Below, in pieces: positions 9,291 through 18,016 of a DNA stretch of 64,000 nucleotides. Below the pieces are notes generated by a model. It was not told the DNA's origin and made no database searches. It saw nothing but the letters and a program-made list of their open reading frames with translations. The DNA is taken from positions 5,395 through 69,394 of the forward strand of contig CASFUZ010000014.1 of assembly GCA_949298065.1 (NCBI GenBank), read 5' to 3'. Position 1 is the first letter of the stretch; each line of letters begins with the position of its first letter. Source of the DNA: an uncultured Pseudomonadota bacterium (lineage in GTDB: Bacteria > Pseudomonadota > Alphaproteobacteria > RF32 > CAG-239). Both the position numbers and the translations under genes were made by a program.

Positions 9291-11639
9291 ATGGATAATA
9301 TATTTGACCTAGACGAAACCGCGGCTTCAAACGCTGCTCAAGCTCCCATATATAACAACACGCAAGCCCTGATGCCGGGCTATGCGTGGCTTGAGCAGTT
9401 GAACCCTGAGCAAAAGCAAGCCGTAACCACCACGGAAGGACCGCTTTTGGTCTTGTCGGGTGCCGGCACGGGAAAAACCAAAGTTTTAACTACGCGTCTG
9501 GCTTATATTTTGGCAATGGGTAAGGCTCAACCTTGGAATTGTCTGGTCGTAACCTTCACCAACCGCGCCGCCCGCGAGATGAAAGAGCGCGTTGAAAAGA
9601 TGATTGGTGAGGTTGCCAATTCTGTCTGGCTCGGCACATTTCACAGTATATGCGTCAAAATTCTGCGCAACCATGCGGAGCTTGTCGGCTTGCACTCAAA
9701 TTTCACGATTCTCTCAGAAGATGACCAAAAACGCGTCATTAAACAGATTTTGGAAGCCGAAGGCATTGATGATAAAAAATATCCGCCGCAATCCGTGCTG
9801 GATAAAATCAGCCGTTGGAAAGATAAAGGCTTAACCATTGATAAAATCCAAAACGAGTTTAAGGAAAACATCACAACGCATTTATATAAAAAATATCAGG
9901 AACGCCTGCTTGAACTAAACTGCGTAGATTTTGGCGATATATTGCTTTATGCCCTGAATATTTTGCTCTCCAACCAAGATGTTTTGGAAAAATATCAAGC
10001 CAAGTTCAAATATATTATGGTGGATGAGTATCAAGACACCAACGTAACCCAATATCTTTTGCTGCGCCTGCTCTGCCAAAAAAGCCGTAATCTGTGCTGT
10101 GTGGGAGATGACGACCAATCCATTTACTCTTGGCGCGGTGCAGAGATTGAAAATATTTTAAGATTTGAAAAAGACTTTACGGACGCAAAGACGATTCGTC
10201 TGGAGCGCAATTATCGTTCAACTGCCAATATTTTGGCTGCAGCTTCCTGCCTTATCAGCCACAATGACGGCAGATTAGGCAAAACCTTAAAAGTTGCGGA
10301 AAATTCTCCCGCCAAATATTGCGACAACACCAAAATAAAAGTCGTCAGCAATTATAACGGTGAAGATGAAGCAGATTATGTTGTTGATCAAATAGATTAT
10401 CACCTGCGCCAAGGAGCACAATATTCGGATATGGCGGTTTTGGTTCGTACCGCCTTTCAAACTCGTGAATTTGAAGATAAATTTATAAAAGAAGCCATTC
10501 CCTATCAAGTCATCGGCGGCCCGAAGTTTTATGAGCGAGCCGAGATTCGCGATGCTCTGGCTTATTTCAGAGTCATTTTGCAACCCCATGATGATTTGGC
10601 TTTTGAACGCATCATCAATAAGCCTGCACGCGGCATCGGAGCCAAGAGTATTGAAAAAATTGAACAGGAAGCCCGTTTCAGCCAAATATCCATGTATATG
10701 GCAGTTGAAAAAATGCTTGCCGAAAACCAGTTTAGCGGCAAAGCAAAATCTGCTCTGGCGGACTTAATAGCAAACTTTGAACAATGGCGCAAAACAATGA
10801 ACGCCGTCACCCCCGATGAACTCGCTTCTCAGGTCTTGGAAGATTCGGGCTATTTTGAAATGCTGAAAAATGATAAATCAGCCGAAGCCCCCGGCCGCAT
10901 AGAAAACTTAAAAGAATTAATATCTGTTATGTCTGATACGGAAAAATATCCAACCTTGTCAGAATTTTTGGAACACGTCAGTCTGGTAATGGACAATGAT
11001 GATGCGCTAAATACCAACAAAGTTATGCTCATCACCTTACACTCTGCCAAAGGTCTGGAGTTTGACATTGTTTTTCTCCCCGGCTGGGAAGAAGGGCTGT
11101 TTCCGCATCAAAGAGCATTAGACGAAGGCGGTACGGAAGCCCTGGAGGAAGAACGCCGTCTGGCTTATGTTGCCATCACCCGCGCCCGCAAACAATTATA
11201 TATCATGACGGCACTCAACCGCCGTGTATATGGACAATGGCAAAACAATATTCCCTCAAGGTTTATCAACGAACTTCCGCCTGAGAATATTGAAATTTGC
11301 AACAATGCCGCTAAATTCTATGGTGGCGGATATAATGACTATACTGCAACACAGCAAAACAAGTCATATAACAACAATTATTATAAAAAGAACACTTATA
11401 ACGCATGGAACACAAATAAAACAAAGAAAGGAAACGACTATGGCATTTCTGATTATAGCAGTACCGGCAGCGATTTTAGCTATATATCTGATGACCGGCG
11501 GTTAATCGGCACCAGAGTATATCACCAAACTTTCGGTTATGGCAAAATCACTGCCGCCGAAGAAAACTGCATGGAAGTAAATTTTGACAAATACGGTCGC
11601 AAAAAGATAATGAGCTCCTATCTTGAAAAAGTAGATTAG
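9291..11639 (+). CDS. uvrD: ATP-dependent DNA helicase UvrD/PcrA
   Basis: LNPEQ, GAGTGKT, VDEYQDTN, GDDDQSIYSWRGA, NYRS, TLHSAKGLEF, EEERRLAYVAITRA, C-terminal Tudor-like HQTFGYG. Confidence 0.96.
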   Translation: MDNIFDLDETAASNAAQAPIYNNTQALMPGYAWLEQLNPEQKQAVTTTEGPLLVLSGAGTGKTKVLTTRLAYILAMGKAQPWNCLVVTFTNRAAREMKERVEKMIGEVANSVWLGTFHSICVKILRNHAELVGLHSNFTILSEDDQKRVIKQILEAEGIDDKKYPPQSVLDKISRWKDKGLTIDKIQNEFKENITTHLYKKYQERLLELNCVDFGDILLYALNILLSNQDVLEKYQAKFKYIMVDEYQDTNVTQYLLLRLLCQKSRNLCCVGDDDQSIYSWRGAEIENILRFEKDFTDAKTIRLERNYRSTANILAAASCLISHNDGRLGKTLKVAENSPAKYCDNTKIKVVSNYNGEDEADYVVDQIDYHLRQGAQYSDMAVLVRTAFQTREFEDKFIKEAIPYQVIGGPKFYERAEIRDALAYFRVILQPHDDLAFERIINKPARGIGAKSIEKIEQEARFSQISMYMAVEKMLAENQFSGKAKSALADLIANFEQWRKTMNAVTPDELASQVLEDSGYFEMLKNDKSAEAPGRIENLKELISVMSDTEKYPTLSEFLEHVSLVMDNDDALNTNKVMLITLHSAKGLEFDIVFLPGWEEGLFPHQRALDEGGTEALEEERRLAYVAITRARKQLYIMTALNRRVYGQWQNNIPSRFINELPPENIEICNNAAKFYGGGYNDYTATQQNKSYNNNYYKKNTYNAWNTNKTKKGNDYGISDYSSTGSDFSYISDDRRLIGTRVYHQTFGYGKITAAEENCMEVNFDKYGRKKIMSSYLEKVD

Positions 11640-11721
11640 TCAGTCTCAAGCGGCCATAGAAAATTAACGGATAAATAAAGATCCGAAAATTAGTTGTTAC
11701 AAAATAACTTTAAGGAAAAAG

Positions 11722-12081
11722 ATGAAAAAATTATCATATTTTTTAGCTCTGGTAACAATACTCATCATTTCAGCCTGTGACAAGCCCCAAGAAGCAACAA
11801 AGATAGCGGAAAACAAAGCCTATATGTTTTATTCGGAAAGTTGCCCGCATTGCCATGACGCACAGGAATTTTTGAAGCAAAAATATCCTGACTTAAATAT
11901 CATAAAACTCAATGTTGCCACACCTGAAGGACAACAAATGCTTATGCAATGTGCCAAAAAATTCAAAATTAAAGAAGGTTTAGGAGTTCCGCTTTTCTGC
12001 CTAGGCGATAATTATATTATGGGTTGGAGCCCCAGATATGAACAAAAGTTTCAAAACTACATCAAACCGTTTTTAAAATAA
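11722..12081 (+). CDS. glutaredoxin/thioredoxin-fold lipoprotein
   Basis: Lipobox ISAC, CPHC active-site motif, GVP cis-Pro loop. Confidence 0.8.
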   Translation: MKKLSYFLALVTILIISACDKPQEATKIAENKAYMFYSESCPHCHDAQEFLKQKYPDLNIIKLNVATPEGQQMLMQCAKKFKIKEGLGVPLFCLGDNYIMGWSPRYEQKFQNYIKPFLK

Positions 12082-12084
12082 TTT

Positions 12085-12107
12085 AAGCCTCTTCGGAGGC
12101 TTTTTTT
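12085..12107 (+). terminator. intrinsic terminator
   Basis: AAGCCTC-TTCG-GAGGCTT followed by a T-run. Confidence 0.8.
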
Positions 12108-12120
12108 CAAAGTTGGTTAC

Positions 12121-12373
12121 AAAAAAAACCACTCAAAAGAGTGGTTTTTTTTATTGGTAGCCAGCGGCGGATTCCCCAAGTTTGTTTTGTAACATTTGCA
12201 TCCTTGCGCTATCGCTTCTTGCAAATTAACAAAACTGCACCGTTCGCAACGAAAAGCTCCACCGGAGCTTTTCTATCGGCTCACGCCGTCTCCGGTTCGA
12301 ATCCCTGTCTTTATTACCAATAAAAAAACCACTCAAAAGAGTGGTTTTTTTATTGGTAGCGAGGGGCGGATTC
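12121..12373. repeat. tRNA-linked duplication: about 53-bp direct repeat (terminator + tRNA 3' end) enclosing a structured insert of about 150 bp
   Basis: 12121-12174 matches 12322-12373 (AAAAAAACCACTCAAAAGAGTGGTTTTTTT-ATTGGTAGC...GGCGGATTC). Confidence 0.8.
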
Positions 12374-12430
12374 GAACCGTCGACACGCGGATTATGATTC
12401 CGCTGCTCTAACCAACTGAGCTACCCCGCC
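12354..12430 (-). tRNA. tRNA-Met (CAT), probably elongator
   Basis: GGCGGGGTAGCTCAGTTGGTTAGAGCAGCGGAATCATAATCCGCGTGTCGACGGTTCGAATCCGCCCCTCGCTACCA folds as a cloverleaf with encoded CCA; it lacks the three G-C anticodon-stem pairs of initiator tRNA. Confidence 0.95.
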
Positions 12431-12514
12431 ATTGGAAAGTCGTGTATTTAATAAACTTTCTGTCGCCTCTTGTCAACAATTATTTTATAACTTTTCCGCA
12501 TAAAACAAATATTA

Positions 12515-12799
12515 CTATTTTTTCAAATCATTAGCATCAACAATTTCAAATTCAGCATCAATAATTTTAGAAGCTCTGCCCTCTTCCATAATCGGCTCAT
12601 CCGCATCAACAAAACTGCGCAGATTCTCAAATTGTTTCCTGATTTTATATTGCCTATACCATCCTATGGCAAACAACACGGCAAACATCAACAAAACAAA
12701 AGGCAACAATAAGGCCGCCGTATAAAACAACAAAAACACCGCCGCCATACCAAAAGCCAAAGTACCGATTCTCATCAAAAGAGCCATAAGTCCGTTCAT
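12515..12799 (-). CDS. small membrane protein
   Basis: Two TM helices, C-terminal IIDAEFE motif, start overlaps the ROK stop. Confidence 0.75.
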   Translation of the reverse strand: MNGLMALLMRIGTLAFGMAAVFLLFYTAALLLPFVLLMFAVLFAIGWYRQYKIRKQFENLRSFVDADEPIMEEGRASKIIDAEFEIVDANDLKK

Positions 12800-13695
12800 T
12801 ACTTCTTTTCCTTCATAATTTTTTCCGCTGCAATTAAGGCCGCCCCAATCATTGCCGCATTATTCTCAAACTTTGCGCGCCTGAGCTTAATTGGTCTTGC
12901 CAAAATATCCTTATTAACAATTTTTTCCAACTTCTCATAATTCATAAACTCGGTTAACGAACCAAACAACAAAACAATCTCGGGGTCAAAAATATTAACC
13001 AAACCGATAATACCGTTAACCACATCTTGTTCCCATTCGTTGAAAACTTTAATTGCAAGTGGATTATTCTCTTTCATTCCTTTGATAACATCATGGCTTG
13101 TAATGCTGTCATCTTTATAAGCTTCTTTGGCATCAATTCCCAAAGCCGTACCGGAAGCATAAATCTCATAACAATCATAAGCTCCGCAGCCGCAACGCCT
13201 TTGGTTTCCTCTGGCAACCTTAAAATGCGCCTCTCCGGCAGCTCCTGACTTTCCTTTAAGCAATTGTCCGTTAACAATAAAACTGATACCGACACCCGTG
13301 CCTATGGCCACCAGCATTGCGTCATTCATTCCCTTTGCTGCGCCGAGCTTATATTCTGCCCACATAGCGGCATTGGCATCATTTTCTACCACCACGGGCT
13401 TAGAAGAAAGTTCGGCAAAAGGTGTATTCATATAATCTTTGGGCATATTTCCGACAGAGGCAATGATTCGGTCATTATCTTTGCTAACCTCGCCGGCAGT
13501 TGCCACAGCAACAGCTTCAATCTGGTTCTCAAAACCGGAAACAATACGTTTTAAGGTTGCCAAAATTTCGGCACTATCGCGAGGTGTGCTGATTTTTGTA
13601 ACATCGCTGCAAATTTTACCTTTTTCATCAATCAAGGCATAAGCAATTTTAGTTCCGCCGATATCAAATGCCAAAATTTTTTTACTGTCAGTCAT
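12799..13695 (-). CDS. ROK family sugar kinase
   Basis: DIGGTKI, ENDANAA, GTGVG, CGCGAYDCYE Zn motif; start moved to MTDSKK behind AAGGAA. Confidence 0.9.
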   Translation of the reverse strand: MTDSKKILAFDIGGTKIAYALIDEKGKICSDVTKISTPRDSAEILATLKRIVSGFENQIEAVAVATAGEVSKDNDRIIASVGNMPKDYMNTPFAELSSKPVVVENDANAAMWAEYKLGAAKGMNDAMLVAIGTGVGISFIVNGQLLKGKSGAAGEAHFKVARGNQRRCGCGAYDCYEIYASGTALGIDAKEAYKDDSITSHDVIKGMKENNPLAIKVFNEWEQDVVNGIIGLVNIFDPEIVLLFGSLTEFMNYEKLEKIVNKDILARPIKLRRAKFENNAAMIGAALIAAEKIMKEKK

Positions 13696-13858
13696 ACACA
13701 TATTCCTTAGCTTCTTTCTTACTTTTATATAAATATATAGTTTATATTCCACAAAAGCAAACACCAAAACCGATTTTTTTACACCTTTAAAAAGGTTCTT
13801 GCCAAATAAACATTTTTCTTCTAGCCTCAAAGCAGAGACACCAGCAAAGGAGAAAATC

Positions 13859-14236
13859 ATGAATAGAAAACTACTTAGCCTATCCGTTTTAACATCTGCT
13901 TTAATTTTAAGTTCGCACACTTTTGCTAAACCACAAAGTGGCGGCTTTTATGGTCCGACAGCTCCTTCTGCTTCCGTAACCGTTGCCGAAGCAAAGAATC
14001 TCAAAGATGAAAGTTTTGTTGTTTTGAAAGGCAACATTAAACAAATGGTCGGCAAAGAAAAATATTTGTTTGAAGACAAAACCGGTAGCATTGTAATTGA
14101 AATTGATGATGATGACTGGAATGGTCTAAGTGTCAGCCCTGAAGACATTGTAGAAATCCGCGGCGAAGTTGATACACATTGGCGCAAACCTGCTGATATT
14201 GATGTTGAAAGCATCACTTACATCACCACCAAATAA
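13859..14236 (+). CDS. YgiW/YdeI family periplasmic OB-fold (BOF) protein
   Basis: Signal peptide, GGFYGP, VVLKGNI, YLFEDKTGSIVIEIDDDDW, VEIRGEVD; AGGAG RBS. Confidence 0.9.
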   Translation: MNRKLLSLSVLTSALILSSHTFAKPQSGGFYGPTAPSASVTVAEAKNLKDESFVVLKGNIKQMVGKEKYLFEDKTGSIVIEIDDDDWNGLSVSPEDIVEIRGEVDTHWRKPADIDVESITYITTK

Positions 14237-14241
14237 TCAAT

Positions 14242-14270
14242 AAAAAAACTGCCGCAACGGCAGTTTTTTT
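14242..14270. terminator. intrinsic terminator
   Basis: AAAAAAACTGCC-GCAA-CGGCAGTTTTTTT. Confidence 0.8.
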
Positions 14271-14291
14271 ATGTTCTATCAACCTCTTCCA

Positions 14292-14306
14292 TTAACTCTA
14301 AATTAA
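14292..14306. promoter_or_regulatory. candidate CtrA-binding box upstream of motA
   Basis: TTAA-CTCTAAA-TTAA (TTAA-N7-TTAA) about 55 bp before motA; the AT-rich context lowers certainty. Confidence 0.5.
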
Positions 14307-14360
14307 ATGATTTAATTTATAAAATATAAAAAAATTTTAATTGTTGAGGAAAGAATTTCA

Positions 14361-15137
14361 ATGGAAAAAAGTACAACTTACGGAATGTTGCTGGGTTTAT
14401 TCGCCGTTGGCTATGGCATGTACCTAAAAGGCGCAGACCCTCATGCTTTAATCAATCCTGCAGCATTTCTCATCATTTTTGTCGGAACTTTTGCGGCTTT
14501 ATTCAACGCCTTTCCGATGAAAGACATTAAAAGATTCGGCAAACTCCTGAAAATCATATTTACCGGAAAAAAGACAATGCCCAAGCAAGAGGTTTTGGAG
14601 CTGTTTGTCAACCTTGCCAAAGCAGCAAAAAACGAAGGTGTTATGGCCATTGAAAAGAAAGCCAATGAGCAAGAAGACCCATTTCTTAAATCTACCCTGA
14701 TTTTGGTTGCTGACGGTTTTCCGGCTGACTTCATTGCCGAAACCGTAGAAGGCGAGATTAAACAAATGGAAGAACGTCATCGCTCCGGTGCAGCCATTTT
14801 TGCCCAAGGCGGAATGTATGCCCCGACCCTTGGTGTATTAGGTGCCGTTATCGGTCTTATTGCTGCCTTAGGAAACTTATCAGATATTGAAATGCTTGGC
14901 CACTCCATCGCCGCCGCTTTCGTTGCCACCCTGCTCGGTATTTTTACCGGATATGTTATGTGGCACCCATTTGCCAACAAGCTCAAACGCATCTCTGCCG
15001 AAGAAGTAGAAGTCAAGAAAATGATTCTTGAAGGTGCTTTGGCTCTTCAAAGCGGCGCTTCTTCCATCGCCATGGAAGCAAAGTTGCAATCCTTCATTCC
15101 GCTGAGCGAACGCAAATCATTAAGAGGCGGGGAATAA
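14361..15137 (+). CDS. motA: flagellar stator protein MotA
   Basis: NPAAFLIIFVGT, APTLGVLGAVIGLI, AFVATLLGIF, PFANKL. Confidence 0.95.
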   Translation: MEKSTTYGMLLGLFAVGYGMYLKGADPHALINPAAFLIIFVGTFAALFNAFPMKDIKRFGKLLKIIFTGKKTMPKQEVLELFVNLAKAAKNEGVMAIEKKANEQEDPFLKSTLILVADGFPADFIAETVEGEIKQMEERHRSGAAIFAQGGMYAPTLGVLGAVIGLIAALGNLSDIEMLGHSIAAAFVATLLGIFTGYVMWHPFANKLKRISAEEVEVKKMILEGALALQSGASSIAMEAKLQSFIPLSERKSLRGGE

Positions 15138-15138
15138 T

Positions 15139-15801
15139 ATGTCCAGAAAAAAACAACATTCCGAACCACATGAAGAACATGCCGACGAAACATGGTTAAT
15201 CCCCTATTCGGACTTATTAACCTTGCTTTTAGCCTTGTTTATTGTGCTTTTTGCTTCATCAAGTTTAGACAAAGAAAAAGCGGCTCAAATGGAATATGCT
15301 ATGGCCGCAGCGTTCAACAGCATTCCGACAGAACAACTAAACGGAACCATATTAAGCTTTATGGACGATGCCAGAGAAATGGACTTAGGCGAAGGTGTTG
15401 GTTTAGGCTCAGATTCCCGAGGTGCTGTTTTGGATATTGCTGATATAAACCTCTTTGAACAAGGTGAAGCCAACATCACTCCGGAAGGCGTAAAAACCAT
15501 CAAAAGAATTGCACCGCTTTTGAGCAACAATCGCTACAAACGCTTCCGCGTTGTTGTTGAAGGTCATACGGATGACATGCCCATTGTCAGCAATACTTTT
15601 GCCTCAAGCTGGGAGCTTTCAGCAGCAAGGGCTGCTGCCGTTGTACGCGAATTTATCAAAGCCGGCCTAAAACCTGATAGATTCCAAGCTGTCGGCATGG
15701 CAAACATAGCTCCAAAATATCCCAACAGAGATTTAAACGGCACACCGATTCCTGAAAATAGAATAAAGAACCGCCGCATCTCCGTTCATGTTGAGATATA
15801 A
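15139..15801 (+). CDS. motB: flagellar stator protein MotB
   Basis: WLIPYSDLLTLLLALFIVL (conserved Asp), OmpA-like VEGHTDD, WELSAARA, NRRI. Confidence 0.95.
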   Translation: MSRKKQHSEPHEEHADETWLIPYSDLLTLLLALFIVLFASSSLDKEKAAQMEYAMAAAFNSIPTEQLNGTILSFMDDAREMDLGEGVGLGSDSRGAVLDIADINLFEQGEANITPEGVKTIKRIAPLLSNNRYKRFRVVVEGHTDDMPIVSNTFASSWELSAARAAAVVREFIKAGLKPDRFQAVGMANIAPKYPNRDLNGTPIPENRIKNRRISVHVEI

Positions 15802-16575
15802 TTATTCCAGAGGCTTATCCTTAAGACCGATTCTTCCAATTAAGGGAAGTTTCAGAGCGGGGCGGTAAAAATCCGCCCCAAAATTTAAGCCCAACAAATT
15901 AAATTCTATTCCTTCGGCCGCACCGAACGAAACGCCCAACACACCATATAAAGATAACAAATATCCCTGCCCGCTTTCAGCTTTTTCAATAAAATTCGGA
16001 GTCCAATCCTTACCGATTGCATGTGGCGGAAGCTCAACCGTTAATTCGGGCACATTACGAATAATATAAGAAATAAAGGTATTACTGTTTGGCCCCGGCC
16101 ACGCCCGATAAGTCTGGCCATAAGGATAATTTTGAGCGAGTTTTTTTATTTGAGGAATAGCTTTTTCGGCTTTTTCACCGCGTAATTCCTGAACAAGCTC
16201 AGGCATTGCGCCATACCATTTTCTGTCTGGAATATCTTGTTTAATATCAACCGCTGTGCCTCTATAACGCAGCTGCCATCCCATAACCTGATAAGTTGTA
16301 TATAAAGAAGCATTCTTTTCTTTGGTCGCAATCCAAGTATGCACGGCAAAATACCCACGCCAACTAAAAGTTCTGGCGGCATAAACTTGCACAACAGCTT
16401 CCGAAACATCCTTTGGCAAAGGCGCCAAACCAGAGCTTTCGCGACTGGCCGTACGCCAATCTCCGCCGCTAAAAGCCATAAAAAGAATAAGACTTGCACC
16501 GCCAAGCAAAAAAGCTGCTTTTCTGACCCGCAAACTCATAAGAGAAGATAAAAATGCTCTCATTTTTTTATCCAT
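15802..16575 (-). CDS. DUF3750 family protein
   Basis: WRTASRESSGLAP, VVQVYAAR..WRGYFAVHTW, YRAWPGPNSNTF, LPPHAIGKD. Confidence 0.88.
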   Translation of the reverse strand: MDKKMRAFLSSLMSLRVRKAAFLLGGASLILFMAFSGGDWRTASRESSGLAPLPKDVSEAVVQVYAARTFSWRGYFAVHTWIATKEKNASLYTTYQVMGWQLRYRGTAVDIKQDIPDRKWYGAMPELVQELRGEKAEKAIPQIKKLAQNYPYGQTYRAWPGPNSNTFISYIIRNVPELTVELPPHAIGKDWTPNFIEKAESGQGYLLSLYGVLGVSFGAAEGIEFNLLGLNFGADFYRPALKLPLIGRIGLKDKPLE

Positions 16576-16717
16576 TTTTCTTCAAACTGCATATTTAAGG
16601 ATACCAGAAAAATAAGTTCAAGAAAACCTAAAAATTATCATTGACGTGAGCCGTCACATAACATACCCTCACTTGTGAACGAAACTAATTTTATAAAATA
16701 AGGAATTATATTCTGCT

Positions 16718-17680
16718 ATGGAAAAATTACATGAAATTTTTACCAACCACTTTATTATGCCGACCTATATGATGTGGATTATCTTCGGCGTAATAGTTTG
16801 CGTACTTTTGTTTTTGGACTTATGCGTTTTTCATAAAAAAGATGAAGAACCGACCATTTCCGAAACCTTTAAGCTCAGTGCTTTTTATATCATCATCGCC
16901 CTTATCTTCGGTGTGTTTATTATCTATGAGCACGGCACGCAAGACGGTATGTTATATTACACCGGCTATCTGGTAGAAAAAAGCCTTTCTATGGATAATA
17001 TTTTTGTTATTTCGCTGATTTTCTCAAGCCTGAATATTCCGACCAAATATCAACATCGTGTTTTGTTCTGGGGTATTTTAGGCGCTATTGTTATGCGCGC
17101 TTTAATGATTGGTATCGGCGCTCAGCTGGTTAGCCGTTTTCATTGGATATTGTACATTTTCTCACTCTTCTTGCTTTATACGGGTATCAAAATGGTCGCC
17201 CAAAAAGAAGATGACACCCCCTTAACTGAGACCAAACTTTACCAGTTCATTCGCCGCAAATTCAACGTAACCAAGCGCATTCATAATGAACACTTTTTCA
17301 TTCATCGCCAGGGCAAATATTTCATCACACCGCTGTTCTTTGCCTTGTTGGTCATTGAAACGATGGATGTTATTTTTGCGGTAGACAGTATCCCGGCAAT
17401 TTTCTTGATTACCCAAGATGTCTTTATTGTTTATACAAGTAACATTTTTGCCATTTTGGGCTTAAGATCCTTGTACTTTTTGCTGGCCGCCGCGGTCAAC
17501 CGCTTTGTTTACTTAAAACCGGCCTTAGCTGTTATTCTGATATTCATCGGCACCAAAATCTTCTTGCCGCATATTGGTATAAATATTGAGGCGGTTCATT
17601 CCTTGAGTATCACCTTTGGTATTTTGTTTATAGGTATTTTTGCCTCACTGATAAAAACCAAACAACCTCAGGTAAAATAA
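16718..17680 (+). CDS. TerC/Alx family membrane protein
   Basis: GYLVEKSLSMDNIFV, QHRVLFWGILGA, DVIFAVDSIPA, FIVYTSNIFAILGLR. Confidence 0.93.
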   Translation: MEKLHEIFTNHFIMPTYMMWIIFGVIVCVLLFLDLCVFHKKDEEPTISETFKLSAFYIIIALIFGVFIIYEHGTQDGMLYYTGYLVEKSLSMDNIFVISLIFSSLNIPTKYQHRVLFWGILGAIVMRALMIGIGAQLVSRFHWILYIFSLFLLYTGIKMVAQKEDDTPLTETKLYQFIRRKFNVTKRIHNEHFFIHRQGKYFITPLFFALLVIETMDVIFAVDSIPAIFLITQDVFIVYTSNIFAILGLRSLYFLLAAAVNRFVYLKPALAVILIFIGTKIFLPHIGINIEAVHSLSITFGILFIGIFASLIKTKQPQVK

Positions 17681-17683
17681 AGC

Positions 17684-17708
17684 AAAGCTCCCGCAAGGGA
17701 GCTTTTTT
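17684..17708 (+). terminator. intrinsic terminator
   Basis: AAAGCTCCC-GCAA-GGGAGCTTT followed by a T-run. Confidence 0.85.
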
Positions 17709-17722
17709 ATTACAATAAAAAT

Positions 17723-18016
17723 CCAAAGTACAAAGCACTCACTAACGATATGCACATTGGAAGCATCGCGATTCAGTAAAGACTGTAGCCACAGCCAGTG
17801 ATGCGGTCAAGCTGGCAACAGCTTGAAGCATTGCGGTTCAACAAAGGTTGCCATCGCAGCCAGTGTTCGCTCAAGAGCGTTTCCTTGTCAAGCTGGCTAC
17901 AGATAAAAAAAACCAGAGTACATGGTGCTATCGTGCGATATGTACTCTGGAAGCATCGCGGTTCAACAATGATTGCCACCACAGCCATTGATGCGGTCAA
18001 GCTGGCTACAGCTTGA
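17723..18016. repeat. structured tandem repeat: two 104-nt units plus one partial unit
   Basis: 17723-17826 and 17913-18016 are colinear; 17826-17902 is a partial copy; shared AAGCATYGCG...CAGCCAKTG...GTCAAGCTGGCWACAG. Confidence 0.85.

Noticed and set aside
12280..12320. Second tRNA on the + strand (GGTTCGAATCC...ACCA)
   Set aside because: No D-arm, anticodon arm or pairing acceptor stem; it is only a T-arm mimic.
13696..13920. N-terminal extensions in the ORF track (ROK; likewise DegT, TPR at 9330, rfbA, nagA, ibrA)
   Set aside because: They run through AT-rich promoter DNA or neighbouring genes; downstream starts fit the RBS signals and family N-termini better.
16641..16717. yybP-ykoY Mn riboswitch upstream of the TerC/Alx gene
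   Set aside because: The leader is too short and lacks the recognisable core; only a TTGACG promoter-like site with a small GTGA-GCCG-TCAC palindrome is visible.
17723..18016. CRISPR array
   Set aside because: Units are 66-104 nt, diverged and adjacent, with no unique equal-length spacers, and there are no cas genes.
17773..18016. Small ORFs 17773-18000 (-) and 17798-18016 (+) as toxin or leader peptides
   Set aside because: They have no RBS or hydrophobic toxin pattern, and they cross hairpin repeats and a terminator.
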